The notes under the pieces were generated by a model. The model did no database searches and was not told the origin of the DNA. It saw only the letters and a program-made list of their open reading frames with translations. A program made the position numbers and the translations under genes. DNA of 58,980 nt, the filler included, from Sphacelaria rigidula (taxonomy: Eukaryota), in NCBI GenBank assembly GCA_964200075.2. It is 10 parts of 10 records of this genome, joined end to end, with 100 filler letters (N's around TTAATTAATTAA, not from the genome) between each part and the next. Parts side by side here need not be neighbours in the genome. Positions count along the whole stretch, not along the records: positions 47,265 to 53,072 come from CAXNAA020024306.1; positions 53,173 to 58,980 come from CAXNAA020024307.1; 8 more parts are not named here. One strand, 5' to 3'. Positions 50,249 through 58,980 of the stretch are shown in pieces. How positions within the stretch are numbered: position 1 is the first letter of the stretch; every line of letters starts with the position of its first letter.

Positions 50249-50844
50249 CGAGCTGGGCCAGCTTCAAAGCGGCTAAACGTTGCTCACACCACAGCTTTCC
50301 CAGTTTCTCGAATGAACCCGATGCAAGCATATCACTGTGAAGTGTAGGCCAACCTGGTGACACACGGCACCGCCGCTAAATGAAAAAAAAATGAAAAAAA
50401 ATGTACTGCATGGTATATATAACCTTAACGACAGACGAAAAAAAGGAGAACCTGTCGGGATTCGAATTCATGACCTCCATAACTGGAGTCTTCCATCACT
50501 TGATTTTTAGGGGTCCAGGAGCGTCACGGAAAATGTTGAATGCACGGACCAATTCGACAACACTTGAGCTGAAAGTTCTGGCAGACCTTCTGCACCGAAA
50601 GAACTGATACTTCACGTGAGCAGCTGCGGATTCTCCTTTTCCCCCCGGAATTATGGCATTATCTTGTTTGTGCTGAAATTTCAAATGTCCATAACTTTGT
50701 TTTTCTTTTTTTCTTTGCTGCTCACGTGATCTTCTGCATTTCGATCATGAAAAGCTGATGTCAAAAATTCAGCGTCCAACTCCTAATATCGCGCCGTGAG
50801 TCGCCTGAGCGAGATTCACGTCTACTCTTGGCTGGCCCAGCTCG
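50249..50844 (-). mobile_element. Mariner-like MITE, family A, 596 bp (inverted copy of 22158-22753)
   Basis: TA|CGAGCTGGGCCAGC...GCTGGCCCAGCTCG|TA, internally collinear with the contig 4 copy. Confidence 0.88.
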
Positions 50845-51662
50845 TAGATCATGATAAAAAAAAAAACGCGATCGGAAGTGGTTTTTTTTTTCGTGAGTCA
50901 GGGGCATTTTCCTTATTTCCTGGTACTGATTATTGCCATCAACTCACGGAAAAATAAATCTTACCGTCCCGATCGATTCATTTGTTATGCCCTATTCATT
51001 CTGCGTCCCGAATTCGAAAGTCCAACTCTCAAAGTTGAGGAGAGGCGGGCATCTGCAAACCACAAATTCGCGTCTTGGCCGACCCAGCTCGTATACGGTG
51101 GGGTTTTGAAAACTGACTTTTCTGAAAAACGTCACTGAGAAAAGTCGTCCACCAGAACGTTTTGCGGTGACTTCTTCCAGTACCTGAGTGTTCCGATTTG
51201 AGCAGAAAGGTGACACATACCGAAATAATTGATGAAGGGAGCGCTTCTTAGAGGACTTGCTTTGGACAGGGGAATGTGTAATAACTTCCTGAACTTATCT
51301 CGTATGCCCTTCACTCACCAAACATCAACGGTGCACGCTCCACCCGAGTTGCTCCCTATCACCCCGAAACGCAATAACAAACACACCGAACATGAACGAT
51401 CCGGGAGGGTAACACCGCATGCTGGGTTCCCTTATATGTGTTGCATCCACTCATAACACAATCCGTTACTGCAGACGATATCCGGCACCCATGATATGTC
51501 ATCAATCTGCCCCGCATGTACCCGCATTAATCCACGTACACATGCATGATTGTTTAGGGCGGAGATGTTCAATTAGCCGCCTTGTCGAGGCGTAACCCTA
51601 GACATATCACACAGAAACAAATTTGGCTTCATCCCATGAAATCAGACGAATTCTCAGAACAT

Positions 51663-51990
51663 AAATGCCGGGATACACCACGACCCAGCAAGGAAGAAAA
51701 AAAACCCATCAAAGACAATCACCTCTTGAATCATATGCCCCCCTGACCCCATATCATCTCACCAATGTCGGGAGCATAAAGCATCAAATCTCGGGACGTG
51801 TTTTCCCAAACATTTACCAAGAAAATCATACTCTTCTCACAGCGGAAATGCCGGGATGCACGGAAGACTCGGCGAGGAAAAATCCACATCATCAAGGAAA
51901 ATCACCTTCTAGGGTAAATGCCCCCCTGACCCCATATTATCTCCCCATGAAATGTCAAATCTCGGGATGTGTTTTTCCAAAAATATCCCG
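51663..51990. repeat. Diverged tandem duplication, period about 183 bp
   Basis: aaatgccgggat...atgcccccctgaccccatat...tcaaatctcggga.gtgtttt occurs twice. Confidence 0.8.
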
Positions 51991-53779
51991 CAAAATTATG
52001 GCCCAAAATCCAAGATCAATAAATTAAATACACCAAGAAGAATCCGTCATATGCCATGATCCAAAAAGTCTGATGTTGTCAAGTCGATCGACCCCTTGAC
52101 AATTTTCATGACCACAGCATATGCTTGGAAACACTTGAATTTCATGTCGAAAATCAAACTCACATGAAGGGAAAATTCCCACCATGTCGTCATCTCGGGG
52201 ATAATACGAAAATCGAGACAGAATCACCAAAATCGAACTCAAATCGGACTCGGTAAAATATTTGATGTAGTGTAAATTGTCATTTCACCATAGCTACGGC
52301 CGATAAAAGCCATGAATTTTTATTTTCTCGCGGTTTAGAGTGCGCCGGATATTTTTACTCAGAATAATCTCCAACAAATCCCCAAAACTCCTTGTTATGC
52401 ATTCCAGTTACTGTTGCAAATCTGATGGCCACCAGTCAAATCACTGCAGTCGGACAGTACTCACATTATCGCGCTTTCACTCAAAATCAAACTATTCAAT
52501 GTATGAATTTACGATCAAGCTGAAGTTGTCAACAAATAAAGACTTGAAATATCCAAATTCGGAGGATAATTTTCTCCACAATCCATCTCCGGCTTTCTGA
52601 ATTCTTCCATGGTCACGCGTTCCCCTGCTTCATCGAACCGGCACCTCATACTTGTTCCACTCCACCGGCATCCCTTTTCTGCTCCAACCCATCGTCACCG
52701 CCCCCCGCTCCGTTCCACCGGCGCCGACGACGCCACGCATTAGAATGTGTTGCCGATTGTGTCGGTGGTGGCGGCAGTGGTGTTGGCATTAGTCATTATT
52801 AGTCGTGTCGAACTCGGGGTTGTGGTAGAACATGGTTGTAGTGGCCCGGCGGTGAATGGGTATGGTGGCGGCAGCGTAGCGGTAATGGGGGAAATACATG
52901 TGTTGCGGCGCAGCGATGGGCGGAAATGATGGTAACGGCGGCGCAGTAGTGTTTGACGAAAATACACCGTACGTTGAGTTGGTAGTAACAGCCGATCCTA
53001 ATTTTTGGGGTTGAAACATAAAGTGAGGTTGAAGTCCCATTTCTCCATTGCAGGGAAGATACGAAAGAGTAANNNNNNNNNNNNNNNNNNNNNNNNNNNN
53101 NNNNNNNNNNNNNNNNTTAATTAATTAANNNNNNNNNNNNNNNNNNNNNNNNNNNNNNNNNNNNNNNNNNNNAATGGGTTTTGAGGGACGTCGATCGCAA
53201 GAGGGAGAGATAGGGGGGCGGGCAGGCGAGGGGGGGGGGGGCAGGTCATATCACAGTGAAAAAAACAGGTCAGCGGCCGGGAAAAGGGACACCTGATGGA
53301 TATTGCCGCTTTTCGGTGCAGCGCTCAGCCAGCATTTGTCGCGTCGCACAGGACGTGGACTAGTATATCCTCAATTTCCGCTTCGTCGCCAATTGCCAAA
53401 ATACCCGTTGTTGCTCCTCGCTTACTCATGTAAGTATGCCGTAGAAACGAGCGATGAATAAAAAAGCTAAATGATGCTTGCAGTATCGCACATTTCGGGT
53501 AAGAACCCAGCAGAAGAGTTGGTTGGTTGGTATCCGAAAGCGATTCGCAACGAAATATACACTCATTTGTTTTCTACATTTTTACTATAACCTTTGGTAC
53601 GCCTCGTTTTTTCGGGTCAAATGTTGCCGATTCTCGATGCTTTCTTATACCTTTTTTTTCACCCCTGCCGTACCTTATTCTCGTGTCCTCTGTCGGTGAT
53701 GCCGATGCTGATAGTGAGTGCAAACTGCGGTTACTAGCGTCAAGATCGACACCGCCTCGTTGACATTCATCATAGGTTT

Positions 53780-55908
53780 TTGGACACTGAGAAAGCCACC
53801 CTAAGAGCACCCAACGGTAAAATGGTTTGTTGTTCATGGGGGAAAAGAGAAGTACTAGTAGAGTACTACAGAAACCTGAGGACACCAACAACTAACGAGA
53901 TGCTCGACGCGAGATTCGAGAAAGAAATCAACGCGTGGGCAGAGGCGAATGTAGAGGCATCCAAACGGGAAGATAGTGGCTCCAAAGAATTGCAAATGAA
54001 ATTTCACAAGAGATTAAGTAAGGGAGTGCGTAGCTAAGCTCAAGAACAGAAAGGCAGGAGGGGCATACAAAATGGTGAACGAATGTATAAAGTACGGGCG
54101 AGACAGAATGATTACCATACCCAATAGGTGTGGAGAGAAGGAGTAGTCGTCAATCTTTTTCAAAGAAAGAGACAAGGCTGACCCAGGGAATTATAGAGGA
54201 ATAACGCTACTGAGCACGGTAGGGAAAACATTCTGTAAGGTTCTGAATGATAGAGTGAGAACGATGCTAGAAAAGGAAGAAAAAATCAGCGAAGGGCGAG
54301 CAGGTTTTAGACCAAACCGTAGTTGCGTAGAACATGTGTACACATTAGGTAAGGTAAGAAAGAAGCGGGCTGACAACGTACTGCTTCTTTCTGGACGTGC
54401 AAAAGGCTCATGACAAAGTATGGAGAAATGGATTGTGAAAAATGTTGTCGGAAACTGGGATCAGAGGAAAGATGTGGAGGACGGTGAAGAAGATGACAGA
54501 ATGTGCCAAAATAGAATAGAAGCAGTAAAGCAAGGAGTCCAGGTGGGCGGAGATACGCGCGATTTCAGGATCGATGTTAGCGGATGATTTTGTGGGGATT
54601 TCAAAACCACCAGAAGGATTACAGACATAGATAGACAAGGCGCTAGAAATACTAAGAAATGGAGAGTGACAGCGAACGATAACAATGCGCGGTACTCATC
54701 TGTATTGAAGATGAGAAAAAAACGGTAGACTTCAAGTGGAAGTGGGTAGAAGAGGAATTGCCGATCGTAGACCGGTATACATACCTTGGCGTAGAGGTAT
54801 GAAGAAAATGCTCTTGGGATTCACACATGGCAAAAGTAATAGAAAAGGGTAAGATACAGATAGGCAGGATGGACGTGATCCCCAGAGACTCGTACCTAGT
54901 CACTAGGATTAAGATATGTATCCTGATGAACGTGATTGTAACAAAGCTGGACTATGTAGGAGAAACATGGGAGGAAAACGCGAAGTCGGTGGAGAAGCTG
55001 GAAACAGTGCAGATGACAGCGGCTAAGAAAATACTTGGGTGCTCGAAAACGGCGACTGATACAGCATTGAGAGCAGAGGCGGGAATGTACCCACTTGATA
55101 CAAGTAGAGACACGAAAAGTTAAAATGAAAATATAGCGTAAGGAACGGGCAGAGAAAGATATTGCCAGCCATGGTTGATAGGACTGTATGGAAGAAATTG
55201 AGGAAATGACAGGTTGGACTGAGGTAGGATACAGTCGTCGACAAAGTATTGAAGGGGATAGGAGGAAACCAAGACGGGAAAATGTCCAGGGGTGGAGAAG
55301 GGGGGTACAAGGCAAAAGTAAGAGACATGGTAGAAGTAAGGGGGAAAGAAGTGCTAAGGCGGAAAGTAGACGAGGAGGAACACCTGAAGATTCATGGGGG
55401 GTTTAGAGAGGGGATATGGATGAAAGCATGCCCGCATGGCCCAATGGATTCCGCGAAAAAATTGATACTGCGATTCCGGGTGGGGGACCTGGACCTAGAC
55501 CTGCCGGAAAAAAGAAGACAAGGTAGATTCACAGAAATGCCACTGTAGCCAAGCAATAGAGAGTAGAACCCATTAAATGGCAGAATGTGAGCTATACAAG
55601 GAGGACCGGGACGTTTTGGAAGGGGAAATGCGGGACGTGAACGAAGGTGGAACGAAATCGTTTGATGCATTGGACAGTAGCGAGAAAACGATGGCTATAC
55701 TCGGGGATAGATGGTGGCCGCAGACGACGAGACAGGACGGGGATGAGATATGGAACAGGTCTTTGTGTCATGTATAGAAGAAACGTAATGCGCGCCGGAA
55801 TGTTGGAGGTGCCTCTACCAGGAGTAGGAACGGTGCTCCGTCTCGAAAGGGATGCGTGGTCAATGGTCAAACGACCAAGGCAAGCAACAAATGAGTACGC
55901 CTCCCCCT
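53780..55908 (+). mobile_element. 5'-truncated, decayed non-LTR retrotransposon (LINE) RT with its 3' end
   Basis: Remnants KLKNRKA, DPGNYRGITLLSTVGK, GFRPNRSCVEH, FLDVQKAHDKV, LADD and YTYLGV, with many stops, frameshifts and an internal deletion. Confidence 0.93.
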
Positions 55909-56325
55909 CATGAGTGATTGCAAGCGTGCTCCGGGGAAACCTGGCGTGCTCCGCCCCGGCTCTGTGAGGGCGCGAAGTCAACGATTATATTACTACGAGA
56001 TGCAAGATCATGATTAACCCCCCCCTCGCCCCCCCCCCCTCCCTCCATGGCGGAATTAGGTGCGAGGGTCGTGCGAAAGTGGTGAAATGAACCGGGGTGC
56101 ATGAGACACGAACTCCGTCGGGGAGGGGGTTGATGGAAGTCGCAGTAGTGCTTATGAGAGGAGAAGTTGGCATGTATGGATGTGTGCGAGTCAAATATTG
56201 CGTCGAACTCTTTCCTCTGCTTCTAAATGCTTCATGAAACGAAAACTTTCTCTGGGCTTTAGCACAAAGTCTTGCCATCTTCACGTGGCACATTTGTAAA
56301 GCAGAAAGGCGCAAGAAAGCCGAAA

Positions 56326-56567
56326 ACACTTTCTACGATAGCCCCCCCCAAATTGTCACGAAAACAATTGTCATACAACACCTGATGTTTGGATTCAGGC
56401 TACATCAAGCGCCTCACATGGGCGACATCGGCGAAAACAACCCGAGCGTGGGAATTCACAGCTGCTCGTTGTGCTCAGGTTTTTCCATTACGATTTACGT
56501 GCAGATTTTGCCTCCCCAGGCCAGCCACTTTTTCGGGGGGGGAACGGGGGCTGCCGTAGAAAGTGTC
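56326..56567 (-). mobile_element. MITE copy of the 219-bp family
   Basis: acactttctacgatagc...gctgccgtagaaagtgtc; the interior is the reverse complement of 57611-57829. Confidence 0.8.
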
Positions 56568-57310
56568 AAGGCTACTGCTGTAGTAAGACAACAAAAATTC
56601 CCCCCGTCCCCCCCTATCCCCCCTTCCCCCCCGGTCCCCTCCCAACGCTGAGAATGATTGTCATGACAATCTTGGCTGTGGCACGATACACTAGACGATT
56701 GAGCAGGAAATACCAAATTTCTTCGTTTGGAGAAGAAAAAAAGGGCTGCTTGGGTTTTAGTCGAGAGGTTTGTGCTTTCGACGCCAACGCCGTTGATATG
56801 ATTTGTCCCTTGTGAAAACAACACGATCGCATCCTTCGACTGCAAGGTGGTCGATAGGAGCCGATGTGTACCAACGCGAGCGTTCATGAGTTGATTCAAA
56901 GTGTGGCAATTCTCGCGTCGAAAAAGATGGCAAATAGTTTTCAAGATGGCAAATAGTTTTCGCAGTCAAAGGGTCGGCTTTCCAATGGTGCAAATCGGAA
57001 CGACATAAATTGAAATATATATATATATATATAAATCAGAGCGACTGGTATCGAAACGGTTTAGGTCAAGATGGTCGAGATCGAATGGTTCGAACTGAAA
57101 AAGCTCGTACCCGACAACAAGCGATGAATAGAGGAGGATGGGCAAATACGGACACTGATGCACCCTTGTTCTTCCCTATCGGTTGTCATTTTTGCCCTTA
57201 ATTTGGTCGTTGTTCGGTGGCCTTGCAGTGTTCTCTGTTTGTTTTCTTCTGTTTCTACCTGCTCTACTGTACCGTGTCCTTGGGCTTCACCACTTCTGTA
57301 GTCCCCTTCC

Positions 57311-57503
57311 TGTGTGTCTGTCTGTGCGTTTGTGTGTTTGTGTGTCTCTCTGTGTGTGTGTCTGTGTGTCTGTGTGTTTGTCTGTGTGTCTGTGTGTCTC
57401 TGCCTCTGTCTCCGTCTCCGTCTCCATCTCTGTCTCTGTCTGTCTCTCCTTTCCTTCTCTCTCTCCTTCTCTGTCTCTGTCTCTGTCTCTGTCTGTCTCT
57501 GTC
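57311..57503. repeat. Compound TG/TC/TGTCTC microsatellite
   Basis: Directly visible low-complexity tract. Confidence 0.95.
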
Positions 57504-57610
57504 CAGGTGTGTGTTCTTTCCTCCCGGTGTACGCAAGTCGCAGTTTGGCGCCTCGCTTCCGTAGGGTTCATGAGTAAGAGCTCAAACCCAAAATATGTGT
57601 GACCGAAGTA

Positions 57611-57829
57611 GGACACTTTCTACGATAGCAAAATGTCCACGTGAATCGAAATGAAAAAATCCGAGCACAACGAGTAGCTGGGATTTCCCACGCTTGGGTT
57701 CGTTTTTGCCAATGTCGCTCATATCCGGCGCTTCATGCAGCCTGAAACCAAACATCAGGCGCTGTGTGACCATTTTCCTCGTGACAGGTTTGTGCCGGTT
57801 TGAGGGAGGGGCTATCGTAGAAAGTGTCG
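57611..57829 (+). mobile_element. 219-bp MITE with 18-bp TIR and TA flanks
   Basis: TA|g-GACACTTTCTACGATAGC...GCTATCGTAGAAAGTGTC-g|TA. Confidence 0.85.
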
Positions 57830-58458
57830 TAGATGAGGCGCAATCTGTCCATCCTCACGGCTCCCTGTATTTTTTCTCATCAATCGCTTGAATGCGTTTG
57901 CTCTTTCGCAACACGTTTTCCACCCGAAGTCGTGTTGCAGAGGCCGGACAGTACCATTTTATTTGTATAGTTATCGTTCTTGTCTTTTTTCAATCTTCCC
58001 ATTTGTGTCTGTTCCAACCTTCCTGTTTTCTTCACGTTTGTTCAGCGAGTGTTTCCACTTTGTTTCATTCCGGGTACGTCTATCTAATGACCACGGCTGG
58101 GTCCATGAAAGATTCGTTGATGCACAACAGCCAATCAAATGAATCAAAATCAAAAGCTTGGACAAAATTGTCTAGGTTGAATTTTTTTTTTTTTAACATA
58201 AGGTCTCCTCACATGTGGGCCTGGTTCATACCCCCTAGGCTCGTGTTTTTGTATTAACCTTCCGGCCTTTGATGCAAAAGAAGAAGCTTCTTCCAACCGC
58301 CTCCTCAGACCCTACGACAAAATACATCAAATGGTTCACTGAAGTACTTAATATTTTACCTTAATTTTGGACATGCTCAGACCCGCTATTCGAAGATGAA
58401 ATATTCCACAGGTCGTACGTGCTCGTAGACTTACCTGCTATATTCGTCGAAGTTTAAC

Positions 58459-58765
58459 CACGACAAAAGTACGGTTGTGCAAGGGTCGACGATCACAGTC
58501 ATGGTGACCACCGGGCATTTGGAAACATGGGCCGAAAAGCGTAGGATACTGTTCCGGTACAAAACGACATACACATCCCTGATGTGATACAGAATGTCGA
58601 AGGTAGACATCCCACGACAAAATTACGGCTGTGCAAGGGTCGACGGCCACAGTCATTGCTACCAACTGGCGTTCGAGGACATGGACCGAAAAGCGTGCAA
58701 AGATGTTCCATTATAAAATGACAGACACATGCTTGATGTGACGCAGAACGCCGAAGGTGGACACA
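58459..58765. repeat. Tandem duplication, period about 154 bp
   Basis: cacgacaaaa.tacgg.tgtgcaagggtcgacg..cacagtcat...catgg.ccgaaaagcgt...cgaaggt.gaca occurs twice. Confidence 0.88.
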
Positions 58766-58980
58766 GGTGGCTTTTTGCCGCCGCGTCCCGGTGATCTAAA
58801 TTAAAATTGTGTCCCTGACAACATTACGGCGGGGAAAACGCGGGTTCGAATCCCGCCAGGTGCGTCTGACTCGTTTTTTTTTTTTTTTCAAGGTATCTGA
58901 TTCCGGTTGTCGTTGAAGACACGAGGGCATGAGTAGCAGAAGTAATATATTGTCTGCGTTTCTTGGACGATGTATGAAGC

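Noticed and set aside
5809..53172. Perfectly periodic TTAATTAATTAA motif every 5908 bp
   Set aside because: Embedded in N runs; it is a synthetic six-frame-stop linker.
57183..57616. Several ORFs rich in VC/SL/RD/TH
   Set aside because: They are translations of a microsatellite.
58775..58890. tRNA-like GGTTCGAATCCC followed by a T run
   Set aside because: It has a T-arm-like hairpin but no convincing A box, D arm or acceptor stem; at most a SINE or tRNA remnant.

Overview
This window is not one locus. It is ten unrelated eukaryotic contigs, each exactly 5808 bp, joined by an artificial 100-bp linker (N44-TTAATTAATTAA-N44). The short exons, 0.5-1.3 kb GT-AG introns and dense repeats suggest a stramenopile, probably a brown alga (inference, not proven). 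Four partial host genes can be read exon by exon: an ELMO-domain protein (2 exons), threonine dehydratase (5 exons), a GDP-sugar transporter of the Vrg4/GONST type (5 exons) and a probable THOC1 exon. The rest is mostly transposable-element debris: a decayed Ty3/Gypsy pol, a decayed LINE, a tRNA-derived SINE, a solo LTR with a target-site duplication, a probable pol-less LTR element, several MITE families (Tc2/pogo-, mariner- and piggyBac-like ends), a 1.9-kb foldback and minisatellites. I found no convincing new multi-gene system, and genes on different contigs cannot be treated as linked. The leads most worth checking are the transporter's altered GALNK motif (GSVNV), the pol-less LTR element with a repeat-rich ORF, and the large foldback with a TTAA end.
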